The notes under the pieces: generated by a model
Database searches by the model: none
Seen by the model: only the letters and a program-made list of their open reading frames with translations
Told to the model about the DNA's origin: nothing
Source of the DNA: Labilithrix sp.
Lineage (GTDB): Bacteria > Myxococcota_A > Polyangia > Polyangiales > Polyangiaceae
DNA length: 64,000 bases
NCBI GenBank assembly: GCA_026128965.1
Contig: JAHCIY010000002.1
Span: 1,512,108-1,576,107 of the forward strand
Direction: 5' to 3'
Made by a program: the position numbers and the translations under genes
Shown here: positions 1 through 9,304 of the stretch, piece after piece
How the letters are laid out: every line of letters starts with the position of its first letter
Position numbering within the stretch: position 1 is the first letter of the stretch

Positions 1-928
1 ATCGCGCACCGGGCTCTTCGGCGACGAGGACGGCCCCGGCGGCATCATCATCGAGGCCGACGCGAGCGTCGACGTCCGCGTCCGCTTCGACGCGAGCGGC
101 TTCATCGACGGCGAGCCGCCGCCGATCGACGCGCGGCCGCCGCCGGTCGACGTGTACCGCGCCGACTGCCCCGACAGCGACGCGCTCCTCGTCTACACGA
201 TCACGAACGACCACCGCCTCCAGAGCTTCGACCCCGCGGCGGGGACCTTCCGCGACGTCGGGCGCATCTCGTGCCCGGCCTCGCCCGGCGCGACGCCGTT
301 CTCGATGGCGGTCGATCGCAAGGGCACCGCGTACATCCTCTTCACCGACTACAAGATCTACCGCGCGAGCACGTCGAACGGCGCCTGCATCGAGACGCCG
401 TACGTCCCGCGCCAGAGCAACTTCGCGCGCTTCGGCATGGGCTTCGTCACGATCGCGGGCGGCCCGGAGGAGAGGCTCTACGTCGCCGGCGACGACGACA
501 ACGTCGGCTCGGGCGATCCGAACGGCGCGCGCGGGATCGCGTCGATCGATCCCGAGACCTTCAAGCTCACCGTCATCGGGGACGATCCTCGGTTCGACTC
601 CGCCGAGCTCACCGGCACCGGCGACGGCCGGTTGTTTGCATTCTACAGGCATACGGACGGCTTCGGCGACTCGTACATCGGCGAGGTCGACCAGGAGAGC
701 GGCTTCATCCGCGCGGAGCGCCACTTGCCGACCGTCGAGCTCGGCCAAGGATGGGCGTTCGCGTTCTGGGGCGGCGACTTCTACATGTTCCACGCGCCGT
801 CCTCGATCGGCGCCACCCTCATCACCCGCTGGCGGCCGGCGGACGACACGGTCGAGACGGTCGCGTCCGCGCCGCCCGGCACCATCATCGTCGGCGCGGG
901 CGTGTCGACCTGCGCGCCGCAGAACTGA
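1..928 (+). CDS. hypothetical protein, 5' partial (frame open to the window edge)
   Basis: The frame of ORF 152..928 stays open upstream to base 2, so the gene starts outside the window. It is followed 15 bp later by a GGAGG RBS and the next gene. No recognisable domain. Confidence 0.5.
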   Translation, partial: SRTGLFGDEDGPGGIIIEADASVDVRVRFDASGFIDGEPPPIDARPPPVDVYRADCPDSDALLVYTITNDHRLQSFDPAAGTFRDVGRISCPASPGATPFSMAVDRKGTAYILFTDYKIYRASTSNGACIETPYVPRQSNFARFGMGFVTIAGGPEERLYVAGDDDNVGSGDPNGARGIASIDPETFKLTVIGDDPRFDSAELTGTGDGRLFAFYRHTDGFGDSYIGEVDQESGFIRAERHLPTVELGQGWAFAFWGGDFYMFHAPSSIGATLITRWRPADDTVETVASAPPGTIIVGAGVSTCAPQN

Positions 929-943
929 GAGGAGGAGCGGGAG

Positions 944-2482
944 GTGGAGGGCAAAGTCACGTTCGTGGGCGCGGGCACCGGCGATCCGCGCCTCCTCACC
1001 GTACGCGCGGTGGAGGTACTCGAGTCCGCCGACTACGTGCTCTTCGATCCGGAGGTCCACCCCGACGTCCTCGGGCGCCTGCCCGAAGGCACGCCGCGCC
1101 ACCCCGTCCAGCCGCCGCTCACGCCGGAGCGGGTCGCGCAGATGCTCGCGACGGAGGCGAAGGCGGGGCGTCACGCGGTCCGGATCATGTGGGCGGACCC
1201 GCTGTTCTTCGGCCACGGCGACGTCGAGGGCCTCGCCGTCGCGCGGCACGAGGTGCCGATCGAGGTCGTCCCCGGCATCGGCCCGCTCATCGCGGTCGGC
1301 GCCTTCGCCGGCGCGGCCCTCACGCGCACGAGCGACGCGTCGCCGAGCGTCGCCGCGGTCAGCGTCACGCGCGGTCACGAGACGCTGCACGAGTGGGACA
1401 AGCTCGCCCTCGCGACCGACACGCTCGCGATCGTCTGCGACGCCGACAGCATCGCCGAGACCGCGCGCTCGCTCGTCTTCTACGGCCGCCCTCCGAGCGA
1501 GCGCGTCACCATCGTCGAGAACGTCTCGCTCCCGACCCAGACCGTCACCGACACCACGCTCTCGCAGGTCCCGCTCCTGCCGCGGATCAAGGCGTCGCGC
1601 GCGGTCGTGGTCGTGGGCGATCGCGCGGCGCGGCTCCGCGAGCTCTCGTGGCTCGAGCGCACGCCGCTCTTCGGACGTCGCATCCTCGTGACGCGCGCGA
1701 AGGAGCAGGCGACGAAGACGGCGGCGCTCCTCCGCGAGAAGGGCGCCGATCCCGTCGTCGTCCCCACGATCGAGATCCATCCGCCGCCCGATCCGGCCCC
1801 GGTGGTCGACGCCGTGACCGGCCTCGATCGCTACGACTGGGTCGTCCTCACGAGCGCGAACGGCGTCGAGAAGCTCTGGGCCGAGATCGCGCGCCAGGGC
1901 AAGGACGCCCGCGCGTTCGGGCGCGCGAAGATCGCCGCGATCGGGCCCGGGACCGCGGCCGCGCTCGCGGGCCACGGCCTCACCGCCGACCTCGTCCCGC
2001 GCGAGCACAAGGGCGAGGGGCTCGCCGCCGAGCTCCTCCGCGCGATCGGCGACGCGAACGTCCGCGTGCTCCTCGCGCGCGCTCGTGTGGCCCGCGACGT
2101 GGTCCCCGACGCCCTGAAGGGGGCGGGCCACGCCGTCGACGTCGTCGCGGTCTACGAGACGAAGAGCCCGCCGCGGCCGCTTATCGAAGCGCTCGCGGCG
2201 CTCCTCGAAGGCGAGGAGATCGACGCGGTGACCTTCACGTCGTCGAGCACGGTGGAGCACCTCGTCGCCGCGCTCGAGGACCGCGCGGTCCCGCTCCTCG
2301 CGAACACCTGCGTCGCGAGCATCGGACCGATCACGACCGAGACGGCGGAGCGGCTCGGCATCCGCGTCGACGTGACGGCCGACACGCATACCGTCCCCGG
2401 CCTCGTCGCCGCGATCGAGGCCCATTTTGCGGGCCTGAGCGACCTCGCGCTGTCGGGGATGCGAAGGGTTTCGACAAGTTGA
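944..2482 (+). CDS. cobA: uroporphyrinogen-III C-methyltransferase / uroporphyrinogen-III synthase fusion (CobA-HemD)
   Basis: GTG start preceded by GGAGGAGCGGGAG. The N-terminus reads VTFVGAGTGDPRLLTVRAVEVLESADYVLFD, a tetrapyrrole SAM-methylase signature. The C-terminal half reads LFGRRILVTRAKEQA...DWVVLTSANGV, a HemD-like fold. Confidence 0.85.
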   Translation: MEGKVTFVGAGTGDPRLLTVRAVEVLESADYVLFDPEVHPDVLGRLPEGTPRHPVQPPLTPERVAQMLATEAKAGRHAVRIMWADPLFFGHGDVEGLAVARHEVPIEVVPGIGPLIAVGAFAGAALTRTSDASPSVAAVSVTRGHETLHEWDKLALATDTLAIVCDADSIAETARSLVFYGRPPSERVTIVENVSLPTQTVTDTTLSQVPLLPRIKASRAVVVVGDRAARLRELSWLERTPLFGRRILVTRAKEQATKTAALLREKGADPVVVPTIEIHPPPDPAPVVDAVTGLDRYDWVVLTSANGVEKLWAEIARQGKDARAFGRAKIAAIGPGTAAALAGHGLTADLVPREHKGEGLAAELLRAIGDANVRVLLARARVARDVVPDALKGAGHAVDVVAVYETKSPPRPLIEALAALLEGEEIDAVTFTSSSTVEHLVAALEDRAVPLLANTCVASIGPITTETAERLGIRVDVTADTHTVPGLVAAIEAHFAGLSDLALSGMRRVSTS

Positions 2483-2547
2483 CTTGATCATCGTCGCAAG
2501 CGACTCTCGTTTCTCCCTCGCAAAGCCGGCGAGGTCGCCCGCGGCCC

Positions 2548-5500
2548 ATGTCCCTCAGCTCTCTCATCGTTCAGCGCGGCGTCGCGACGATCCGCGAGAT
2601 CGAAGAGGCGCTCGCGCGGCAAGTGCTGTACGGCGGCGACTTCGTCACGAACCTGCTCGAGGTGAGCCGCGTCGAAGAGGGCGCGCTCATGCCGGTGGTG
2701 GGCGAGTTCTACGGGCTGCCGGCCGCGCCGCCCGGGGAGCTGCCGCAGCCGGCGGGGACCGCGCTCCGCATCGTCGCGGCGGACGTGGTGCAGGAGCGCA
2801 CGTTCGTGCCGCTCGAGGCGGGCGCGTCGCTCGTCGTCGCGGTCGCGGAGCCGCTCTCGAAGGAGGCGGAGCAGGAGCTCACCTTCGCGCTCGCGCTCCC
2901 GATCGAGCAGAAGGTCGCGCCGCTCTTCCGCATCCGGCAGGCGCTCGCGCGCGACTACGGGATCCCGATCGACAAGCGCATCGCGCGCCTGATCCAGAAG
3001 GTCGTCACGAAGGGTCCGATCATCGCGAGCACCTTCCCGCCGCCGCTCGACTCGGCGCCGAAGATCCGCGTCCCGCCGCGACCGCCGAGCATGATCCCGC
3101 CGCCGGTCGCGCCCGCGCCCGCGTCGCCGAAGATGTCGGTGGAGCCGCGCACCGCCGCCGCCCCGCAAGGCACCTACGTGCGCGAGATCGAGCCGCAGCA
3201 GGCGCGTCCGCCGCGCCGGCGTCGCGGCCCGCTCACGCTCGCGGTCGCGGTCGAGGAGCTCGAGGCGTCGGTCGAGCGCGACTTCATCTTCGACGTGCTC
3301 TTCGAGTTCACGCGCCAGTTCTTCGACTACACCGCGCTCTTCGTCGTCCAGGGCGACGTCGCGGAGGGACGCGACGCCTTCGGTGACGGCGCCCCGCGCG
3401 ACAAGGTCGCGCGCCTCGCGGTGCCGCTCGACGACGAGGGGATCCTCGGCGGCGCGCGGAAGGAGAAGAAGCCGGTCCGCCGGAGGCCGAGCGCGGTCGC
3501 CGACGCGGTGCTGATGACGGACCTCGGCCGCGACGGGCAGACCGAGTGCATCGTGTTCCCGATCGTCGTGCGCACGCGCGTCGTGTCGCTCATCCTCGGC
3601 GACGGCGGCACGAGCGGGATCGAGGACATCGGCGTGCGCCAGGTCGAGAGCCTCATCGACACGGCGGCGGGCGCGTTCGAGCGCGTCATCATGCGCCGCA
3701 AGCTGAAGGGCGAGGCGCCCTCCGACGCGAAGGGGAAGAAGGACACCGTTCCGCCCCCGCCGACGATGGTCTCCGAGCCGGCGCAGCAGGAGGACCGCAT
3801 CTCGGCGGAGGAGCTCGCGGCGCCGATCCGCGAGATCATGATGGAGCCGCCGTCGAAGCGGCACGTCGTTCGCCTCGATCCCGAGCCCCCCATCAGCGCG
3901 CGGCCGCCGCTGCCGATCGAGAGCGGGCCGCCGCCGCCGAGCGGACGTCCCGGCGCGACGAACCCGCCGCGCCGCCGCGCGACCGCCCCGAGCTTCGAGT
4001 TCGGCTTCAAGTCGGAGCCGAGCATCGTCAGCGAGAGCAAGCGCCCCGAGGGCCTGCCCGTCATTCACGTGCATCATGCAAGTGTCCCGGCGAGCGATCC
4101 GGTCCCGAACATCCACGAGGCGGTGACCGCGCCGCCGCCGCCGTCACCGCGCGCGCTCGAGACCGCGCTCGAGACCGGGAACGAGGCGCCGTCGACGACG
4201 CGCGATCCCGTCCCCGGCGTCTCGCTCCCGGCGCATCCGTGGGCGGAGGGCGTCCCGCCGGTGAGCGACGCGCCGCACTCGCCGAAGGCGGAGTCGCCGC
4301 CGCCGATGCGCGCGGCCCCGATCACGGACGTGTCTCCGCAGCCGATCCAGATCGGTCCCATCAGCGAGGCGGTCCCCGACTTCAGCGAGGATCAGCTCGC
4401 GACGAAGGTCGGCCACACGACCGATCCCTCGCCGCCGAGCCTCGATCTCCCGCCCTCGAAGCCGCCGCCGCCGGTGGAGCTCGCGGAGCCGAGGACGTTC
4501 GTCGCCAGTGAGCCGCTCTTCGACGAAGAGGAGGCGGCGTCGTTCTCCCAGCTCGTCGTGCAGAACCTCGATCAGGACGCGGACATGCCGGTCTTCGATC
4601 CGGAGGCGACGCCGGTCGCGCCGACCGTGATCGAGGGCGAGACGCCGGCCGCGCCGGCGGTGCTCCGGAGCGAGCCGGTCCTCGCGCTGTCGACGCGCAA
4701 GGGCGACGCGCCGCTGCCGATCCCGTCCTTTCAGCAGAAGCCGATGCCGCCGTCGGAGGGGCAGGTCTCGGTCGGCCCGCACCATCCGCCGTCGTCGCAC
4801 AGCGATCACTCGCGCGTCCTCCCGAGCGTCATCGTCGACGTCTCGAGCGAGTACGTCGGCCTCGTCGAGCGCGCGATCGCGGGCGAGGACGAGGAGGCGG
4901 AGGCGCAGCTCCTCCGCGCCGGCGGCTACGCGATGCCGGCGATCATGGCGAAGTTCCCGGGCCCGATCACGATCGAAGCGGAGCGCCTCGACCTCGACGC
5001 CCTCCCGCGCGTCGCCGACTGCGGTCCCGTCATCCGCCTCATCGCCTCGCAGCGGCGGACCGCGCTCCCGTTCGTCCTCGCCCACGTCGAGGCGCCCGAC
5101 GCCGAGTCGCGCTTCTGGGCGACGTACCTCCTCACCGAGCTCGTCTACCCCGACGCGATCGACGCCGCGATCGCGCGCGCGTTCGACGACGACGCGAAGG
5201 TCCGCCGCGCCGCGCGGGCCGCGGTCCACGCCCTCGCGGAGTCGCATCCGCAAGCGGTGGTGGAGCGCCTCGGCGAGCTCACCCTCGCGCAGACGGTCGA
5301 CCTGCGCATCCGCGCGATCGAGGCGCTCGCGGAGACGCGCGAGCCGAGCGCGGTGCAGGTGCTGTTGCCGCTCCTCGACGAGAACGACAGCGAGGTCGCG
5401 ATCGCGACGCAGAAGGGGCTCGTCCTCCTCACGCGCCAGGACTTCGGGCTCGACCTCGAGAAGTGGACCGCGTGGTGGGACGCGAACAAGGGCCGTCATC

Positions 5501-5712
5501 GCCTCGAGTGGCTGATGGACTCGCTGATGCACGAGCAGCGTCGCATCCGCGGCCTCGCGGGCGAGGAGCTGAAGTGGATCACGAAGGAGTCCTTCGGCTA
5601 CTACGACGACCTCCCCCGCCGCGAGCGCGAGCGCTCGCAGCAGAGGTTCCGCGACTGGTGGGAGCACGTCGGCCGCGTCCGCTTCAGCCGCGCCGCCACC
5701 CGCGGCGCGTAG
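2548..5712 (+). CDS. T2SS-E N-terminal (MshEN-like) domain protein with a long Pro-rich linker and C-terminal HEAT/PBS-lyase repeats
   Basis: The N-terminus LIVQRGVATIREIEEALARQVLYGGDFVTNLLE is GspE_N-like. The central roughly 400 aa are Pro/Ser-rich and low complexity. The C-terminus has repeated DxxVRxxAxxAL HEAT-like units. Confidence 0.7.
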   Translation: MSLSSLIVQRGVATIREIEEALARQVLYGGDFVTNLLEVSRVEEGALMPVVGEFYGLPAAPPGELPQPAGTALRIVAADVVQERTFVPLEAGASLVVAVAEPLSKEAEQELTFALALPIEQKVAPLFRIRQALARDYGIPIDKRIARLIQKVVTKGPIIASTFPPPLDSAPKIRVPPRPPSMIPPPVAPAPASPKMSVEPRTAAAPQGTYVREIEPQQARPPRRRRGPLTLAVAVEELEASVERDFIFDVLFEFTRQFFDYTALFVVQGDVAEGRDAFGDGAPRDKVARLAVPLDDEGILGGARKEKKPVRRRPSAVADAVLMTDLGRDGQTECIVFPIVVRTRVVSLILGDGGTSGIEDIGVRQVESLIDTAAGAFERVIMRRKLKGEAPSDAKGKKDTVPPPPTMVSEPAQQEDRISAEELAAPIREIMMEPPSKRHVVRLDPEPPISARPPLPIESGPPPPSGRPGATNPPRRRATAPSFEFGFKSEPSIVSESKRPEGLPVIHVHHASVPASDPVPNIHEAVTAPPPPSPRALETALETGNEAPSTTRDPVPGVSLPAHPWAEGVPPVSDAPHSPKAESPPPMRAAPITDVSPQPIQIGPISEAVPDFSEDQLATKVGHTTDPSPPSLDLPPSKPPPPVELAEPRTFVASEPLFDEEEAASFSQLVVQNLDQDADMPVFDPEATPVAPTVIEGETPAAPAVLRSEPVLALSTRKGDAPLPIPSFQQKPMPPSEGQVSVGPHHPPSSHSDHSRVLPSVIVDVSSEYVGLVERAIAGEDEEAEAQLLRAGGYAMPAIMAKFPGPITIEAERLDLDALPRVADCGPVIRLIASQRRTALPFVLAHVEAPDAESRFWATYLLTELVYPDAIDAAIARAFDDDAKVRRAARAAVHALAESHPQAVVERLGELTLAQTVDLRIRAIEALAETREPSAVQVLLPLLDENDSEVAIATQKGLVLLTRQDFGLDLEKWTAWWDANKGRHRLEWLMDSLMHEQRRIRGLAGEELKWITKESFGYYDDLPRRERERSQQRFRDWWEHVGRVRFSRAATRGA

Positions 5713-5722
5713 CTCACGCCGC

Positions 5723-7105
5723 TCACGCCGCGTTCGGGAGCCGGCGCGCGGCGGGGAGGCGGATCATGAAGGCGGTGCCGCGGCCGACCTCCGTCTCGAA
5801 GGTGAGCTCGCCGCCGTGTTTGTCGACGATGATGCGGCGGGCGATGGCGAGGCTCTGCCCCGTGCCGCGGCCGACCTCCTTCGTCGTGAAGAACGGGTCG
5901 AAGATCTTGTCGCGGATCGCGACCGGGATCCCGTTCCCGGTGTCGCGGACGCAGACGTGCGCCCAGCCGTCGTCTTGCCACGTCCGCACCTTGATCCGGC
6001 CGCGCGTGCCCGCGCCGTGGTTCGCGTCGGCGACGGCGTGGGCCGCGTTCACGATCAGATCGAGCAAGACCTGGTTCACCTCGCCGCCGTGGCAGTGCAC
6101 CGGGGCGAGCTCGCCGAGCTCGGTCTGCAGCTCCGCGACCTCGGCGTACTCGGGCGCCGCGATCGCGAGCGTGCTGCGGATGCACGCGTTGAGGTCGACG
6201 GCCGATTTTTCGGTCCGGTCCGGCTGCGAGAAGTCCTTCAGCGATTTTACGATGTGGCCGATCCGCTGGAGCCCGTCGAGCGCGTTGTCGAGCGCGATCG
6301 GGACGTTCTCGAGCGCGAAGTCGGTGTCGGCGCTCTCGTCGGCGTCGCGCGCCTTCTCCATCACGTCGGGCGGCGCGAGGGAGACGGCCTCGCGGTAGCT
6401 CTCGATCACCGAGCTCACCGCGGGGAAGGTGCTCTTGATGTAGTGGACGCTGTCGGCGACGAACTGCACCGGGGTGTTGATCTCGTGCGCGATGCCGGCG
6501 GCGAGGCGGCCGAGCGACTCGAGCTTCTGCGCCGATCGCAGCTCGGCCTCGAGGCGATGGCGCGCGGTGACGTCGAGGAAGATGCCGCTCAGGAACGGCC
6601 GCGACTCGGCGTCGAGCAGCGTCTGCACGATGCCGCGGAGCACGAGCTCCTTCCCGCCCGCGGCGGCGAGGCGGAGCTCGACCTCGCGATGGGTCCCCTC
6701 CGCGACGGAGCCGAGCGCGCGGCGGAGGTCGGCGAGGTCCTCCGCGTGGACGTGGCGTTCGAGGAAGTCGGTGTCGGTCCACGCGCGGATGGGGTGCCCG
6801 ACGATCGCGACCGCCTGCGGCCCGACGTAGGTGAAGCGGAGGCTCTCGGGCGCCATCCGGAACGGGATCGCCTGCGTCGTCTCGAGGAGCTGGCGGTACT
6901 CCTCGCGGCTCACGGTGAGCTCGCGCGTGCGCTCCTCGACGCGCGCCTCGAGCTCGCGCTGCTGTCGCGAGCGCACGATCAGCGTGCCGGTCGCGGCGAT
7001 CAGCACCGTCGCGACCGGCGCGAGCTTCGCGGGCGCCGCCCACATCGTCACCACGGTGGCGATGACGGCCACCACACAAGGTTTCGCGGTCCTTCGACCC
7101 ATCTT
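5723..7105 (-). CDS. sensor histidine kinase with TM/PAS region
   Basis: H-box HEINTPVQFVADSVHY and HATPase motifs (DTGNGIP, GTGQSLAIARRI). The start is placed at MGRRTAKP, which has a GAGGG RBS. The upstream part of the 507-aa ORF is probably not coding. Confidence 0.8.
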   Translation of the reverse strand, partial: KMGRRTAKPCVVAVIATVVTMWAAPAKLAPVATVLIAATGTLIVRSRQQRELEARVEERTRELTVSREEYRQLLETTQAIPFRMAPESLRFTYVGPQAVAIVGHPIRAWTDTDFLERHVHAEDLADLRRALGSVAEGTHREVELRLAAAGGKELVLRGIVQTLLDAESRPFLSGIFLDVTARHRLEAELRSAQKLESLGRLAAGIAHEINTPVQFVADSVHYIKSTFPAVSSVIESYREAVSLAPPDVMEKARDADESADTDFALENVPIALDNALDGLQRIGHIVKSLKDFSQPDRTEKSAVDLNACIRSTLAIAAPEYAEVAELQTELGELAPVHCHGGEVNQVLLDLIVNAAHAVADANHGAGTRGRIKVRTWQDDGWAHVCVRDTGNGIPVAIRDKIFDPFFTTKEVGRGTGQSLAIARRIIVDKHGGELTFETEVGRGTAFMIRLPAARRLPNAA

Positions 7106-7217
7106 GCCCTCAGTACGGCGCGATCGGGCGGGCCTTGAGAGAGAAACGGGGACTGAACGCGCCGCCGATCGGGCCGTTTGGATCGGGGGTGAGCATGAAA
7201 CGATCGGGGGAACGAGA

Positions 7218-8168
7218 GTGCACAGCGAGTTGAAGCGGCAGCTCACGCGCCTGGGGATCGCCGGCGACGGCCGAGAGCCCCCGAGCGCGGAGCAGTGGAG
7301 CGCGTTCGTCGAGGCGATGAACGCGCGGTTCGTCGAGGTCGACGAGGAGCGGCGAGCGGTCGGGCACCGTCAGAAGCTCGAGGAGGTCGGGCGGCTCGCG
7401 GCGGGCATCGCGCACGAGATCAACACGCCGGTGCAGTTCGTGAGCGACAACGTCCACTTCCTGCAGTCGTCCTTCGAGACCGTCACCGACCTCGTCACGC
7501 GCCTCGTCGCGCTCGCTTCGAGCGAGGACGCCGCGCGCGAGGCCGTCGCCGACGCCGACTGGGGGTACCTCGGCGACGAGATCCCGTGCGCGATCAAGCA
7601 GACGCTCGAGGGCCTCACGCGCGTCGCGAGCATCGTCCGCTCGATGAAGAACTTCGCGCACAACGATCGCGGCGAGGCGACGGAGACGGACCTCAACGCC
7701 GTGCTCCGCACGACCCTCACCGTCGCCGGGCACGAGCTGAAGAGCATCGCGCACACGGTCGAGGACTTCGGCGACATCCCGCGCGTCGTCTGCTGTCGCG
7801 GCGAGCTCTCGCAGGTCTTCCTCAACCTCATCGTGAACGCGGCCCACGCCACCGCCGACGTCGTGAAGCGGACCGGGGTGCTCGGGCGGATCGCGGTCTC
7901 GACCGCGCTCGACGGCGATCACGTCGTCGTCGCCGTCTCCGACACCGGCGGCGGCATCCCCGATCACGCTCAGGGCCACATCTTCGAGCCGTTCTTCACG
8001 ACGAAGGATCCGGGCCGCGGGACCGGGCAGGGCCTCGCGCTCGCCTTCGGCGTCGTGAAGAAGCACGGCGGCACGCTCCGCTTCGAGACGGAGCAGGGGG
8101 CCGGCACCACCTTCTTCGTCCGTCTTCCGATCGCGGGTGCTCCTTCTTCTTCCGTCCGAGCAGCATGA
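7218..8168 (+). CDS. cytoplasmic histidine kinase (HisKA+HATPase)
   Basis: GTG start after GGGGGAA. H-box HEINTPVQFVSDNVHF. Motifs DTGGGIP and GTGQGLALAF. Divergent from the preceding kinase with a roughly 110 bp intergenic region. Confidence 0.8.
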   Translation: MHSELKRQLTRLGIAGDGREPPSAEQWSAFVEAMNARFVEVDEERRAVGHRQKLEEVGRLAAGIAHEINTPVQFVSDNVHFLQSSFETVTDLVTRLVALASSEDAAREAVADADWGYLGDEIPCAIKQTLEGLTRVASIVRSMKNFAHNDRGEATETDLNAVLRTTLTVAGHELKSIAHTVEDFGDIPRVVCCRGELSQVFLNLIVNAAHATADVVKRTGVLGRIAVSTALDGDHVVVAVSDTGGGIPDHAQGHIFEPFFTTKDPGRGTGQGLALAFGVVKKHGGTLRFETEQGAGTTFFVRLPIAGAPSSSVRAA

Positions 8169-9304
8169 ACCTCGAAGCTTCCTCCTCTCCCGTCGTCCCC
8201 GGCCTCCCGAAGCAGCGCGCCCTCCTCGTCGACGACGAGGCGCGCGTCGTCGACGCGATGCAGCGCGCGCTCCGCCCGCATCGCAAGACGATCGAGGTCC
8301 ACACCGCGACCTCCGGCGCCGCCGCGCTCGCGCTCCTCGAGGCGACGCACTTCGACGTCCTCGTGACCGACATGCGGATGCCGGGCATGGACGGCGCGGC
8401 GCTCCTCGCGCAGGCGCGCGTCGTCCGCCCGCAGACGATGCGGATCGTCCTCTCGGGCCAGACCGACATGGACGCCGCCCTCCGCGCGGTGCCGTACGCG
8501 CATCAGTTCCTGACGAAGCCGACCGAGCCGTCGGTCCTCGGCGAGCTCCTCGCCCGCCGCGCGTCGGCGCAGTCGGCCGTCGGCGACGCCGCCCGCGCCG
8601 CGCTCGGCGGCATCGAATCGCTCCCGAGCCCGCCCGCCTTCTGCCGCGCTCTCGCGCGCGTCCTCCTTCACGAGGAGGCCTCCGTCGAGGAGATCGCGCG
8701 CCTCGTCGAGCGCGATCCGGCGATGGCGGCGAAGGTCCTCCAGATCGTCTCCACCTCCTTCTTCGGCGTCCGCAAAGGGATCTGCTGCGTCGCGGAGGCG
8801 GTCTCGTACCTCGGCCCCGAGCTGATGGAGCGCGTCTGCATCTACGGCGGGATCATGAGCCCCGCGACCTCGAGCTCGGTGGGCTTCGACGTCGAGCGGC
8901 ACCACGAGCGCGCGGTCGAGGTCGCGACGCTCGCGCGCGCGCTCGCCGGTCCCGGCGCGGCCGGCGACGGCGCCTTCGTCGCGGGCGTCCTCCACGACGT
9001 GGGGCGCCTCGCGACCGCGATCGCGATGCCGGCCGCGTACGCCGCCGCTCCCGACGCGTGTTACGTGTCGAACGCGGTCTACCTCCTGAACCTCTGGGGC
9101 CTCCCCGCCGGCGTCGTGACCGCGATCGCGGAGCAGGCGACGGCGGACGGCACCGGCCGCGGCCCGCTCCGCCCCGCCGACGCGGTCTACGTCGCGCGCC
9201 GCCTCCTCGACACGGAGGGCGCCTACGGCTCCGCGCCGGAGGAGCGCGCGTACCTCGAGCGGCTCGGCATCCTGGACCGGGTCGTGCAGCGGAGGGCGGC
9301 GTGA
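8165..9304 (+). CDS. response regulator, REC + HDOD domain
   Basis: ATGA overlap with the kinase stop. REC: LLVDDEARVVDAMQRAL...DVLVTDMRMPGMDG. The C-terminus (EIARLVERDPAMAAKVLQIVSTSFFG) is HDOD-like. Confidence 0.85.
   Translation: MNLEASSSPVVPGLPKQRALLVDDEARVVDAMQRALRPHRKTIEVHTATSGAAALALLEATHFDVLVTDMRMPGMDGAALLAQARVVRPQTMRIVLSGQTDMDAALRAVPYAHQFLTKPTEPSVLGELLARRASAQSAVGDAARAALGGIESLPSPPAFCRALARVLLHEEASVEEIARLVERDPAMAAKVLQIVSTSFFGVRKGICCVAEAVSYLGPELMERVCIYGGIMSPATSSSVGFDVERHHERAVEVATLARALAGPGAAGDGAFVAGVLHDVGRLATAIAMPAAYAAAPDACYVSNAVYLLNLWGLPAGVVTAIAEQATADGTGRGPLRPADAVYVARRLLDTEGAYGSAPEERAYLERLGILDRVVQRRAA

Noticed and set aside
271-2487. 738-aa and 351-aa overlapping plus-strand ORFs (271..2487, 636..1691) full of R/G/S runs
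   Set aside because: They are alternative frames of the cobA/hemD region and the upstream hypothetical gene. Composition (RRRR, SSSS runs) indicates non-coding frames.
2488-4116. 542-aa minus-strand ORF and several others antisense to the 2548..5712 gene
   Set aside because: Low-complexity RG-rich translation antisense to a gene with clear domain content.
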